Source: a virus
Lineage: Duplodnaviria; Caudoviricetes
Length of the DNA: 42,805 nt
Strand: one strand, 5' to 3'
Virus record (IMG/VR): IMGVR_UViG_3300017649_000112
Coordinates: 1 to 42,805 of that record
Numbering within the stretch: position 1 is the stretch's first letter; every line of letters starts with the position of its first letter. Shown here in pieces: positions 24,967 through 34,380 of the stretch. Both the position numbers and the translations under genes were made by a program. The notes under the pieces were generated by a model that ran no database searches, had not been told where the DNA came from, and was given only the letters and a program-made list of their open reading frames with translations.

Positions 24967-26095
24967 AGAACGTGTGCTTCGGAACAGGAGTCGATGCCGC
25001 TACGGCTGAGGCGGCCGAACTGATGGTCCCCGTCGTATGAGCCATGCGGAGCGATCCCGATTGAGCCTGGTGCAGGTAATTGGCTCCCATGCGACGTGCC
25101 GCCTTGTTGACGGCTCCGGTGCCGAAGATCGGCTTCATGCTTTCCATCAGGTCGGCCCCGCGGGACCGCAGGATGTCCTCGAAGTCGCTCTCAACTTTGT
25201 CGAGCCAGGCCATGAACTTCTCTCGCCGTTCCGGGTATTCGTTCCACTTGTCGGCGAAGTTCTCCTTGTCGTTGACGGGGTTCGGCACCCACCACTTGCC
25301 CTTCCGACGCTCGATGTAGTCGGGCATGTCGTGGACGATGGCCCGGAGGGCGTCGTAGAGCAGGTCCTCGTTGCTGTAGGCCTTGGCCGCGAGCGTCGTG
25401 AGGATGATCGACACCGGCTTGTCGTCGGGATCGTTCTGGAAGTGGAGGTCCCGGTGCCGCTTCAGAAGTTGAACGGCCCGCTGGAGCGGAGTCTTGACCT
25501 GATAGTCGGGAATGTCGTCCACGCTCATCCGGAACGATTCGGCGAGCACGAGTTTCTGCCGCTTGAATACACGTTCCATCTGCTTGCGGAACCAGGCGGC
25601 GTAGTCCTTGGGGTTGCTGTGCTGCCAGAGCCGGAGTTCGCGATCCGTGATGAGGATGCTTTTGGGCGTGCCGTCCTCGTCCGGGATGGCGGGCAGTACG
25701 TCCATGTGGAATCCCTCATCGAAGTCGAGACGCCAGCAACGGCGTCGTTCCGTCAGAATCTCTTCAAGGTCTTTCCTTTCGGAGAGCCGGTCCCCGACGC
25801 GATCCTTCAGTTCCTGCTGAGTCGTGTTCTCCTTCTCGATGTCCAGCCGGCAGACCAGGTCGATGTCGTAGTCGTCCTCTTCGGTGATCGGGCGAACGAC
25901 AGTCCCGAGAGCGAACGATCCCTGGGGATAGAGTTCCGGGTCGTAATCCCGCAGGGACGAGTCTTCGGCCCCCAAGTGGTCGCAGATTTCGTGGTACCGT
26001 TCTTCGACCTGTTCCCGGAGATCGTCGGGGATGTCGAGACTCTCGGCGAGGTGTTCCAGCAGCGTGCTGAAATGCTGGCGTTCTTGAAGGTTCAC
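24938..26095 (-). CDS. cGAS/DncV-like nucleotidyltransferase (CD-NTase)
   Basis: QGSFALGTVVRP...DYDID, HMDVLPA, SNPKDY and NPVNDKENFADKW motifs, with C-terminal HTFYGG. Confidence 0.95.
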   Translation of the reverse strand: MNLQERQHFSTLLEHLAESLDIPDDLREQVEERYHEICDHLGAEDSSLRDYDPELYPQGSFALGTVVRPITEEDDYDIDLVCRLDIEKENTTQQELKDRVGDRLSERKDLEEILTERRRCWRLDFDEGFHMDVLPAIPDEDGTPKSILITDRELRLWQHSNPKDYAAWFRKQMERVFKRQKLVLAESFRMSVDDIPDYQVKTPLQRAVQLLKRHRDLHFQNDPDDKPVSIILTTLAAKAYSNEDLLYDALRAIVHDMPDYIERRKGKWWVPNPVNDKENFADKWNEYPERREKFMAWLDKVESDFEDILRSRGADLMESMKPIFGTGAVNKAARRMGANYLHQAQSGSLRMAHTTGTISSAASAVAASTPVPKHTFYGGPENKAH

Positions 26096-26112
26096 TGAAG
26101 CCTCCTGAGATT

Positions 26113-27060
26113 TCAGGTGTATAAGGGAGTGAAGGGAGCCGCCCTGTGCGTGCGGAACTTGGCCGTGAAGGTCGGGGTAAAGTGCCTGCTGGTGTGAGAG
26201 GCTTCGCCGAGTATTTCTCTCTCGGACAACCGATCCAGGGCAAACAGGCCGTCAGGAACTATGGGGTCAACACGGACGACACGATCTTTGCCGAGCAGGT
26301 GCTGAGCTTGGCCCTGTACGCCGTGGCTTTGTCCTCGCAGGGCCGCGTCGATGCCGACGGATTTCCATTGCCAGAGGCCGCCGCAGTCGAGGGTCCGTGG
26401 CCGGCGGGTGACCGCGTTCGTGGTCCCCAGGCTCAGCACCGAGATGGAACTGAGAGGGACGCCGAGCATGCTGATGGCTTCGACGATGGCGACCATGGTC
26501 GGATTGTTGGCCCAGATGCCCCCGTCGATCAGCCGGATGTGGTCGATGTCGTGGCAGGAAGGAAAGTAGGTCGGGGCGGCGGACGTGGCGAGGGCCACTT
26601 TCCAGAGGGGCACCTTCCAATCGCGGGTGAGCCGATCGTGGTGCGGGGTCTTGAAGAGGTAGACTTCGTCCTTGTCCAGGTTGTAGGACGGGATGACCAG
26701 TCGCTTCTGCGAGTCCGCGAGACGCTTGTCTCCGAAGCACCGCTGGAGTGCCGTCTTGAGCGGCTCCTGCGGATACTTCTGCCTCCAGAGCGAGCAGAGG
26801 GATGTGATCCAGCGTTTCTTTCGGAAGATCGACGGTCCCTCGCTGACATAGAACTGCACAATCTCCCGAGGACGGAGCCCCAGACCGAGACCGAGGGCGA
26901 TGATGCCGCCGGTCGAAGTTCCGGTGATCAGGTCGAAGTGTTCGGCGACGTTCACGCCGAGGTCCTCTTCGACCTTCGCCAGCACCGCCGCAGAGAAGAG
27001 ACCTTTGATGCCGCCCCCGTCCAGGGACAGGATCTGGAAGGGGCTGTCGTTCCCGGTCAT
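26113..27060 (-). CDS. capV: Patatin-like phospholipase CBASS effector
   Basis: DGGGIKG, GTSTG, SAAPTYF and DGG motifs. Adjacent to the CD-NTase, with an AGGAG RBS. Confidence 0.92.
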   Translation of the reverse strand: MTGNDSPFQILSLDGGGIKGLFSAAVLAKVEEDLGVNVAEHFDLITGTSTGGIIALGLGLGLRPREIVQFYVSEGPSIFRKKRWITSLCSLWRQKYPQEPLKTALQRCFGDKRLADSQKRLVIPSYNLDKDEVYLFKTPHHDRLTRDWKVPLWKVALATSAAPTYFPSCHDIDHIRLIDGGIWANNPTMVAIVEAISMLGVPLSSISVLSLGTTNAVTRRPRTLDCGGLWQWKSVGIDAALRGQSHGVQGQAQHLLGKDRVVRVDPIVPDGLFALDRLSEREILGEASHTSRHFTPTFTAKFRTHRAAPFTPLYT

Positions 27061-27117
27061 GAATCTCCTTTGCGTCTCCAATTCGGTGGTGCCTGGCTGT
27101 ACGATCGGGCCGGCCTC

Positions 27118-27642
27118 TTAGGTTCCCACCTGTCCGATATCCGAGAACCCCAGGTCCTGGTCGTCCGACTTCGGCTTCAGGGTGGCCAGAGCACCGGCCT
27201 TGCGACGGTTAATCATCGCCGCCGCCAGGATCATCGCCGGGATGATGCGACCAGCCCGGCGGGCGAATTCCTGCTGGAGCTTCTGGGCCAGGTCGGCGTT
27301 CAGAGCGAAGTTGTCGGAGGCGATCTGAAGCTCCTCGTGAATGGCGTCCAGGTGTTTCAGCTCGTCCTCGTTCAACGCGACGGTCGGCCGGGTGAACCCG
27401 TTGCCCGCGTCACGACCGAGCTTCTCCCACTTTCCCTTTTTGCGACGGGTGATCATGTAGTGCAGGACGTCGGGTGGCGACTCCGATCGTCCCGTCAGGC
27501 TGTTCCACGATTCGACGAGCCGGATGAGGTCATCGGGACGCTGAGGGTACTGGTCCGTCGGGATGTCGAAGTCCCGGTAGAGCGTCCGAAGAAGCTCGTC
27601 CTCGTGCGGGAGAAGCCGCAAGGATTGCCGTGTCGTAGGCAT
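27118..27642 (-). CDS. Hypothetical protein made of two tandem ~70-aa repeats
   Basis: The two halves end in MITRRKKGKW and MINRRKAGAL, with matching EDEL and helix patterns. Confidence 0.7.
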   Translation of the reverse strand: MPTTRQSLRLLPHEDELLRTLYRDFDIPTDQYPQRPDDLIRLVESWNSLTGRSESPPDVLHYMITRRKKGKWEKLGRDAGNGFTRPTVALNEDELKHLDAIHEELQIASDNFALNADLAQKLQQEFARRAGRIIPAMILAAAMINRRKAGALATLKPKSDDQDLGFSDIGQVGT

Positions 27643-27697
27643 GAAGCCGTCCTCCGATCAGAAGACTTTCTGCGTTCCCTGTGCACGGTTCCTTCCT

Positions 27698-28837
27698 TCA
27701 CTCGGGAAACTTAAAAATGGATGCCTCTCCGTCCTCGGAGGCGTAATCTCCTGAAATCCCCATTGCCAGGTTGAGCCGTTCCCGGATCGCCTCCGGTCTG
27801 ACGCCACACAGGTCGGCGACTTCCTTGAGCGACATGCGGCCGCTGGCCAGCACTTCGTCGATCATCTGCTCGAAACGGGTGGCTCGATCCGGTCTGACCC
27901 GGCCCGGCTCGTTTGTTTTCCAGCCCCGCCGGGCAAACTCGATCCACAGGGTTTTCGCTGTGGACTTCGTGATGAAGCCGAGCTTGTCGGCCCGGTAGAC
28001 CATCGCGGCCAGGGAGATTCCGTAGCGTTCCTTGAACTGCACGAGCCGCACCATCGACCGGCCCTCGAAGGCCCGCTTGAGCTGGCTGTTGGGGAGCAGA
28101 AGATGGGAGCCGAAATCGAAGGCTCGCTGTTCGGATTCCTTGTTCTCGCCTTCCTTGTCACAGTCCCCGAGCAGCACATGGGCCAGCTCGTGAGCAGCGT
28201 TGAGCCGACCCCGGTCATTCGAGACGGTGGGATTGAGAACGACGATGTACTCGCCGTCGTACTTGGCCGCTAAGCCGTCGATGCGGAGTTCGGTAGGATT
28301 CTCCAACACTCGGATGCCAAACTTTTCGAGCACCTCGACCACGCTCGGGATGGGATCGGTCTCGTCGAGCTTCAGCCGGCGGCGGACTTGGCGGGCGAGG
28401 TCACTGGCTTCGGTATCCGGGTCTGGCTCGAAGTTGGTGATCGTCGCCTTCAGAGGTTGCTTGAGCCGTGCTTCGATGGCCACGTAGGCATCGACCCATC
28501 GCTGCACATCGGCCTCGAAGCGATGGAGGTCGCTGATCCTGACCCGCGACTTGAGGTTCCGATAGCGGACGCCGGAAAGGCTTCGGCCCCGCTCCAGGAA
28601 CCAAGTCAGCGGTCGCTCGTAGAGGTCTGCCAGGGCGGCGAGAACGTCCATCGGCGGGACGGAGCGACCGCTCTCGTAGTTGGCTACGGTGGCGTGCGAG
28701 ATCGGAAACCGCTTCTTCAGTTTCTCTGCCACCGTGCGGGTGGACATGCCGGTGAGGGTCCGGGCCGTACTTAGCTTTTCGGCCAGGCTCTCCCGCACGT
28801 CCGGCACCTTCTTTTTTCGTAGTGGCTGGCTTCCCAT
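27698..28837 (-). CDS. XRE-family HTH fused to ImmA/IrrE metallopeptidase
   Basis: ISHATVANYESGRSVP HTH, AHELAH zincin motif and EQRAFDFGSHLLLP. Confidence 0.92.
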   Translation of the reverse strand: MGSQPLRKKKVPDVRESLAEKLSTARTLTGMSTRTVAEKLKKRFPISHATVANYESGRSVPPMDVLAALADLYERPLTWFLERGRSLSGVRYRNLKSRVRISDLHRFEADVQRWVDAYVAIEARLKQPLKATITNFEPDPDTEASDLARQVRRRLKLDETDPIPSVVEVLEKFGIRVLENPTELRIDGLAAKYDGEYIVVLNPTVSNDRGRLNAAHELAHVLLGDCDKEGENKESEQRAFDFGSHLLLPNSQLKRAFEGRSMVRLVQFKERYGISLAAMVYRADKLGFITKSTAKTLWIEFARRGWKTNEPGRVRPDRATRFEQMIDEVLASGRMSLKEVADLCGVRPEAIRERLNLAMGISGDYASEDGEASIFKFPE

Positions 28838-28853
28838 GATTCCTTCCCGTCAA

Positions 28854-28918
28854 TCGTGTTTTACAGACACGACGGTGACGACTCGTGCATTTTACACGAA
28901 GTCGGCGGGACAGGTCAA
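28854..28918 (-). promoter_or_regulatory. Sigma70-like promoter with two TCGTG...CACGA dyads
   Basis: Minus strand TTGACC (28913-28918), 18-nt spacer, TAAAAT (28889-28894). Dyads lie at 28854-28872 and 28883-28899. Confidence 0.65.
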
Positions 28919-28987
28919 GGGGAGTTGATGGAAGGGTGCCGAGAAGTAGCGGCGGGCTTGCGGAGAATGAGCCGGCCGGCGAGCAAA

Positions 28988-30019
28988 CTATTCGTGGAGG
29001 TCGCGGGCTTGCTGGAGCTGGTCCCGGACCTTCTCTTTGAGTTCCGGCGGTCCGAGCACCTGCACTCGGCCGCCCCACCCCAGCACCCACCACAGGATTT
29101 CGTCGAGACCGTCCACCGTGAAGGTCAGCGTGACTGAGCCATCGCGGTGGTGAGTGGCCTTCTGGGTGTGGTGCCACGTGGTCTCGACGACCAGCGGGGC
29201 AGCGACCGGATTGAATAGCAGCTCCACGTCATAGGAACAGTCGCCGCGACAGACGCACCAGGCGTTGTTGAGGTAGGCCCGGAGGTCGAAGCTGTCGGGC
29301 ACCTCGGCTGCGGTATCGAGGAGTTTCAGTGTTTGGAATCGGGCCACCCGGTACGTCTTGGGATGCTCCTCGTTGTGCGGACGGCCGATGAGGTACCACG
29401 CCTGCTTGATGAGGCAGATTCGGACAGGGTGCAGCCGGAGACGTTTGGCTCTCGATTCATACGGGCTGCGGTATTGCCCGGCGACCTGCTTTCGTTCCAG
29501 GAGAGCCCACTGGATGGACTGAATCTTCTGGCGATGCCGGCTGTGGTCGGCGACGTTCAGGCTGAGCACCGAGATGAGATTGGCGGCGTCCGCCAGAATC
29601 TCTGACGCCTCGGCGTCGGTGGCCGCGATGCGTTGCGTGGCGGGCTTGGCTCCGTTGGTCAGCCCCAGTTCCGGGGTGGCGGTCAGGGCCGTCGCCGTTG
29701 CTTGTCCCAGGAGTTCGTCCCGGCTCAGCCGGACGACGGGGAACTGGAACGTGGGGCTGAGCCGGTAGCGGTTGTTCGGGCGGTCGTAGGTCGTGGGGAC
29801 GCCGGCCAGCTCCAAAATTTGCAGCGTCCGTGAGATGGTCCGGACGTCGCATTCCTCTTCGACGGCCAAGGACTCCCGATTGAAGGGGCGTCCGCTCGTC
29901 AGGAGCAGGAGAACGCGGAGTGCTCGGGCTACCCGGTCCGCCTGACGGAGGCGTCGCTCGGCATCTGGTCGATGGTCCCAGTCCTCGTTGATTGGTTCTC
30001 TCGGTGTGTCGCTCGCCAT
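28988..30019 (-). CDS. HTH-WYL-WCX transcriptional regulator
   Basis: N-terminal HTH (CDVRTISR), QAWYLIG, TYRVAR and WVLGWGGRVQVLGP motifs. Confidence 0.95.
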   Translation of the reverse strand: MASDTPREPINEDWDHRPDAERRLRQADRVARALRVLLLLTSGRPFNRESLAVEEECDVRTISRTLQILELAGVPTTYDRPNNRYRLSPTFQFPVVRLSRDELLGQATATALTATPELGLTNGAKPATQRIAATDAEASEILADAANLISVLSLNVADHSRHRQKIQSIQWALLERKQVAGQYRSPYESRAKRLRLHPVRICLIKQAWYLIGRPHNEEHPKTYRVARFQTLKLLDTAAEVPDSFDLRAYLNNAWCVCRGDCSYDVELLFNPVAAPLVVETTWHHTQKATHHRDGSVTLTFTVDGLDEILWWVLGWGGRVQVLGPPELKEKVRDQLQQARDLHE

Positions 30020-30065
30020 CTTCCATTCCGCTCCAGTTCGGTGACTGGAAGAAGGCTAAAAAGTG

Positions 30066-30089
30066 ACTGGGACCACGATGGGTCAGGGT
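30066..30089 (-). promoter_or_regulatory. Putative WYL operator/promoter, copy B
   Basis: ACTGGGACCACGATGGGTCAGGGT lies ~46 nt upstream of the WYL start. On the minus strand TAGCCT follows GGTCCC after 10 nt. Confidence 0.6.
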
Positions 30090-30184
30090 GCCTCCCGAAG
30101 CTGGAAAAATATGCGGGGCGGGCGGTTTGTCGGTGAGAGAAACTGGCCAACGGAGGCCGCCGCCCACCCCGCAGCACAAGAGGA

Positions 30185-31168
30185 TCAGTTCATCGAAGCC
30201 AGTCTGACGGCGGCTTGAAACGCCTTTTGTTTCAGCCGGCTCCCACTGCCGAACCAGGATGAGTCGAGCCTTCGCTCTTGTCTCTGGGCCGCCGTTCGGC
30301 CACGGGTTGGGCGGTAGTGGTCCACAAACTCAGTGACGGCGTTGAAGGCCGCCCAGGTCGTATGACGCACAGCAGGAATGTCCTGGCCGGCCCCCTGCTC
30401 GAACAACCGGAAGAGTTCCTGCCGAGTGTTCTCTGCCCGAGTGGATTTGCCTTCGAGCGGGTCCGGGTAGAGCGACTCAAAGTAGGACCGGAGTTGGGCC
30501 GCCGATGGATAGTGGTCGGCGAGGAGCTTGATCTTCGCTTCCGCGTCGTCGTAGTACCGCACGGCCAGGCCGAGCACCTCTTGGGCTTGCTTCACCTTCG
30601 CCACCAGATCGCCCCGGTGGAGGATCGCGATTCCCTGCCCTGCTCCCTGCCGCTCCGCCAGGTTCAACGTGTTCTGGCAGACCACTCTCACGACCGTGTA
30701 ATGAACTCTCAGGGCGGTGCTGCCGTCGTGGGTATTGCTCAGGAGCAGGAACTTCTCGGCGATGTCGTCCGATCCTTTCACCTGGATGTGATCCGGGAGC
30801 TTCGCCAGCAGCCAGATGCGTTCCCCCTTTCCCAACGCTCCGGCGGTGTGGTAGCGGAGCTTGCCTTCGGCGACCACTGCGTCCAGAAACCCGAAGCACT
30901 CCCGATTCTGGACGGGGACATAGCTGTTCCCGACGACACCCAGGACATCCCCTGTGTCCGCCCGCACGACGGCTTTCCGGTGAGCGACCTGTGTACCGTC
31001 GATCGTGCGAAGCTCACGGAGCGTGACCTCGTACTCCAGGCCAGCGGCGACGATTGCCTCGGCGGCCGTGGCCGGCTCGGCGAGTTCGGTACCAAGGCCG
31101 TGCCACGGCTGTTCTCCGAAGTAGGCCATTGCCGTGCGGCCATTGGTCGTTGCAAGGTTGTGTGCCAT
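30185..31168 (-). CDS. DUF932/DUF945-family phage/plasmid-like protein
   Basis: PWHGLG, YVPVQNRECF, TAGALGKG, LLSNTHDGS, RVVCQNTL and TWAAFNAVTEFVDH motifs. Confidence 0.9.
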   Translation of the reverse strand: MAHNLATTNGRTAMAYFGEQPWHGLGTELAEPATAAEAIVAAGLEYEVTLRELRTIDGTQVAHRKAVVRADTGDVLGVVGNSYVPVQNRECFGFLDAVVAEGKLRYHTAGALGKGERIWLLAKLPDHIQVKGSDDIAEKFLLLSNTHDGSTALRVHYTVVRVVCQNTLNLAERQGAGQGIAILHRGDLVAKVKQAQEVLGLAVRYYDDAEAKIKLLADHYPSAAQLRSYFESLYPDPLEGKSTRAENTRQELFRLFEQGAGQDIPAVRHTTWAAFNAVTEFVDHYRPTRGRTAAQRQERRLDSSWFGSGSRLKQKAFQAAVRLASMN

Positions 31169-31201
31169 ACGGGGTGCCTCAGCTTGGTTCGATCTGTGAG
31201 A

Positions 31202-31678
31202 CTATTCGAACAGTTCGTCGGTCAGGCCGTCCGTGAGTTCTTCCAGACGGGTTCGATACTCGATAAGGATGACCCGGACCTTGTCGGAGTCGGTCCATCC
31301 CATCCGCAGGTCCGGGTCATCGAGGTAACGCTCCCAGAGACTGATGAGCTTCTTCACCTCCTTCGTCAGCTCCAGGAGTTCGCGGAGCACCTCCTTGACT
31401 TTCGCCTCGCATTCGATCCGTCGGCGGGAGTTCCGGCTGAGACAACACAGCACTCGGAGGTCGATTCCCAGGCTCAGTCGCCCGAACTGGGCTTGCTCCA
31501 TGTTCCGCTTCGCCTCAGACCGGAGGTACTTCAACGCCGGCGGCAGGTCGGGGCCTTCGAGGTTGCTGATGAGGTACAGGTGCATATCCTCGGAGAGGCT
31601 GGCCAACTCCAGCAGATAGTTGACTTGCGGCAGGACGAGTCTCCTCGGCTGTGCTTCGTCCAGAGTGGTCGGCACCAT
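31202..31678 (-). CDS. Hypothetical helical protein
   Basis: 158-aa ORF with a GGAG RBS, in the DUF932 operon. Confidence 0.6.
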   Translation of the reverse strand: MVPTTLDEAQPRRLVLPQVNYLLELASLSEDMHLYLISNLEGPDLPPALKYLRSEAKRNMEQAQFGRLSLGIDLRVLCCLSRNSRRRIECEAKVKEVLRELLELTKEVKKLISLWERYLDDPDLRMGWTDSDKVRVILIEYRTRLEELTDGLTDELFE

Positions 31679-32546
31679 TGCTACTTGTCTCCGTTGTGGT
31701 TGGTGAAGGTGCGGTCGGGCCGGCTTCTGGCGTGAACAGGTCTGGCCGGAGCCAAGGGGGCATTTGCCGGGCGTTCTCTCGTCGCACGTCCGCGAGCTGT
31801 CCTAGTTTCATCTCCAGGTAAAGCGTCAGGTGACGGACAAGGTGCCACTCTGCCCGGCTGAACCAGACCTGCTGGTCTTGCAGCACGTCGATGATGTCCC
31901 GGAAGCTGAGTTGACCGATGAACGGGAGCCGGGGAAGTTTGTGAAGGTGTTTGCTGTGCGGGATTGCCTGCCGGAGTTTGACGGGGTCACGGTATTCGGT
32001 GACAAGAGGATGAACCGCTGCTTCGGGCGTGCAGAAGATGAGCACGAAGTCACGGGGCTCCATGTCGAACAGGAGTGGGCGGTGCCGGTACCAGCCTGTC
32101 TCCAGCAACCCAACCCGGACGTTGCGGATGAGTTGGTCGCCGGGGTAGCCGCATCCGGGGTCGTGATTGGAGACGCTGCCGGAAGGTGGGGAGGCGTACT
32201 TCATTTCCCAGTACACGGTGGTCGGCTTGTTCTCCCAAGTGCAGCACACGTCGATCTGCGTGGAGCCTTCTTTCCACGGCAGCAGCTCTCGTGGGAAGAA
32301 GGGACGGTTCCGCCACGGGGCGATCCGGAAGCCCCGGAAGATTTGGCGTCGAAATCGCTTTGTACCAAGGGCTCGGTTCAGCAGGTCCGGGAGCCAGTAC
32401 CGTGGGTTCAGGGCACCGAGCACCTGAAAGATTTCCCCGGTGATCACGTCCTCGCTCGACTTCCGGACGATCATCGGGCACTTCAGCTCGCCCTGCCTGG
32501 CGGGGTCACAGAGACGCCCGCTCTTGCCGTGGAGTTCAACCAGCAT
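31515..32546 (-). CDS. Putative PD-(D/E)XK nuclease-like protein
   Basis: SEDVITG, EGSTQIDV...VYWEMKY and DQLIRN. The tail overlaps the next gene. Confidence 0.55.
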   Translation of the reverse strand: MLVELHGKSGRLCDPARQGELKCPMIVRKSSEDVITGEIFQVLGALNPRYWLPDLLNRALGTKRFRRQIFRGFRIAPWRNRPFFPRELLPWKEGSTQIDVCCTWENKPTTVYWEMKYASPPSGSVSNHDPGCGYPGDQLIRNVRVGLLETGWYRHRPLLFDMEPRDFVLIFCTPEAAVHPLVTEYRDPVKLRQAIPHSKHLHKLPRLPFIGQLSFRDIIDVLQDQQVWFSRAEWHLVRHLTLYLEMKLGQLADVRRENARQMPPWLRPDLFTPEAGPTAPSPTTTETSSNGADHSGRSTAEETRPAASQLSAGVGQPLRGYAPVPHQQPRRPRPAAGVEVPPV

Positions 32547-32781
32547 TCCTGGCCTCCGACGCGACGGTGGGTTGGGCCGAAGGGCACTGGCCTTCTTGAA
32601 ACTGATCGACCTGGTCTTGTAGAGCCTCGCGAACCACGTCGAAGTATTCGTGGACCTTGTCGATGACCGCTTCCGGCTGGTCGAGCGGGATGGCGATCTG
32701 GCCATCGACGTGCAGGCTGAACCCGATCACTTCCGGTCCTTGCACTAGCCGGCGAAACATCCCTGCGGTGACTCGGAGCAT
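32536..32781 (-). CDS. Small hypothetical protein
   Basis: 81 aa from MLRVTAG with a GGGAG RBS, overlapping the next start. Confidence 0.5.
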   Translation of the reverse strand: MLRVTAGMFRRLVQGPEVIGFSLHVDGQIAIPLDQPEAVIDKVHEYFDVVREALQDQVDQFQEGQCPSAQPTVASEARNAG

Positions 32782-33001
32782 GCATTCTCCCTTCTCAGAA
32801 AGCTGTGAACTGCTGATGCAGTTACCCGAGCGAGCAGTTGCCCGCTCACCGGCACAGCTTCGGAATGGGAAGGACGCCCTGGCCCGCTCCCCCAGGTTCC
32901 TGCCCGCGTGCGGCACTCGTGCAAATCCCGTAGACCTGCGTGAGCGAATCGAGTCCGTTATAATTCGCTTGTGTACCGCTGCCGAAAGCGACGAATAATT
33001 C

Positions 33002-33469
33002 ATGGACCTTATGCCAGTGGCCGACATCTACGACTCAGAAACCCGCGGCCGAGTGATGAGCCGAATCCGGAAGAGGGACACTGTGCCCGAACTCCGTGTC
33101 CGCCGGAAGCTGCACCGATTGGGCTTTCGGTTCAGGCTCCATCGTCGCGATCTGCCCGGAGTTCCGGACATTGTTCTTCCCAAGCATCAGGTCATCGTCT
33201 TTGTCCATGGGTGCTTTTGGCACCAACATGATTGCCCGCTGGGAAAGCTTCCCAAGAGCAATCGGTCATACTGGGTGCCGAAGCTCAGGCGGAACACCGT
33301 GCGTGACGCTGAGCATCGCCGTCACCTAGAAGCTCTTGGCTGGCGAGTTGTCGTCGTTTGGGAGTGCCAGACTGCTGACGACGATCGTCTGGAGCATCTC
33401 CTATCAGAGATAGCCGGTGATGGCCCCAATCCATTGTCGAATACTCCCATCCTTAGAAAGAGAGCATGA
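33002..33469 (+). CDS. vsr: Very-short-patch repair endonuclease
   Basis: MSRIRKRDTVPE, LPGVPDI, FVHGCFWHQH and VVWEC motifs. Confidence 0.95.
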   Translation: MDLMPVADIYDSETRGRVMSRIRKRDTVPELRVRRKLHRLGFRFRLHRRDLPGVPDIVLPKHQVIVFVHGCFWHQHDCPLGKLPKSNRSYWVPKLRRNTVRDAEHRRHLEALGWRVVVVWECQTADDDRLEHLLSEIAGDGPNPLSNTPILRKRA

Positions 33470-34380
33470 GATTCTGGCTGTTCAAAGTTGCTGATCAGAA
33501 CCTCTATCCTGACAGGCCAGGCCATCAGTATGTTTTCGACAACACGCACACGACTCGAATGTCATCCGGTGATGAATTCATTTATCTCGATAAAAGATCC
33601 CGACAGTACCAACTGACGGGGGCTGGTCGGATTGCTCGGCTTACTTCCCATGCTCCTGTTCCTTCCGAACGTCGAACCCCACGGGTCCAAAGGGTCTTCA
33701 CGGCTCAGCTTGACGAGGTGGTATGGTTTTCGACGCCTTTGGATCTGCGACCAAACACAGAGGCAGGGCGGAGCAACCGACTACGTCTTGGCCTGCCAGA
33801 GGACGTGAACGCTATCGGATGGTCATTTTCAGTGCCTCGACTGACGCGAGATCTTTTCATGAGGCTCCTGGATGCCGCATTGAACATGTCCGGCGTGAGG
33901 CCTCCACCTTCTAGCGACCTAGAGTGGGAGATTGAGGACTCGTACTCGGTAGTGCGTACGAGAACCCGACTCAACGTTTTCAGGGCCGCTGTCTTGAGAC
34001 GCCACAATTACAGGTGCGTTGTATGCGGCACGACGCATCGTGATGTACTTGATGTGGCACACATTCGCAGCTACGCCACAGACAGGAGAAATCGTGCCAA
34101 TCCGGGCAATGGTCTCTGTCTATGCCGTTACTGTCATGCCTTGTATGACGCCCATGAGATAGCGATTCTGCCAACAGGCGAACTGTGGGTAAGGCAGGGA
34201 TACCCCGATCCAATCCTTCGTACCCATCTCACAGCTGTTGAACCCAGCGAACGCAAGAGATGGCTTGTCGGCGTCGATAGCAGTTTTTTAAGTGAGCGAG
34301 TCGGCCGACTAACTTCCGAAATATGCGTTCAACAGTCTGTTGGCCCCGGCCTTCCTGCTGAGGGGAGTGCACCGGCTTAG
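33466..34380 (+). CDS. EVE/PUA-like domain fused to HNH endonuclease
   Basis: N-terminal FWLFK...GDEFIY...GAGRI and C-terminal CVVCG...AHI...NGLCLCRYCH. Coupled to vsr (ATGA). Confidence 0.75.
   Translation: MRFWLFKVADQNLYPDRPGHQYVFDNTHTTRMSSGDEFIYLDKRSRQYQLTGAGRIARLTSHAPVPSERRTPRVQRVFTAQLDEVVWFSTPLDLRPNTEAGRSNRLRLGLPEDVNAIGWSFSVPRLTRDLFMRLLDAALNMSGVRPPPSSDLEWEIEDSYSVVRTRTRLNVFRAAVLRRHNYRCVVCGTTHRDVLDVAHIRSYATDRRNRANPGNGLCLCRYCHALYDAHEIAILPTGELWVRQGYPDPILRTHLTAVEPSERKRWLVGVDSSFLSERVGRLTSEICVQQSVGPGLPAEGSAPA

Noticed and set aside
636-31735. Long plus-strand ORFs antisense to real genes (for example 636-1577, 8135-9148, 25037-26098, 26146-27714, 30278-31735)
   Set aside because: These are shadow frames expected in GC-rich DNA. 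They have no motifs and mirror well-supported minus-strand genes.
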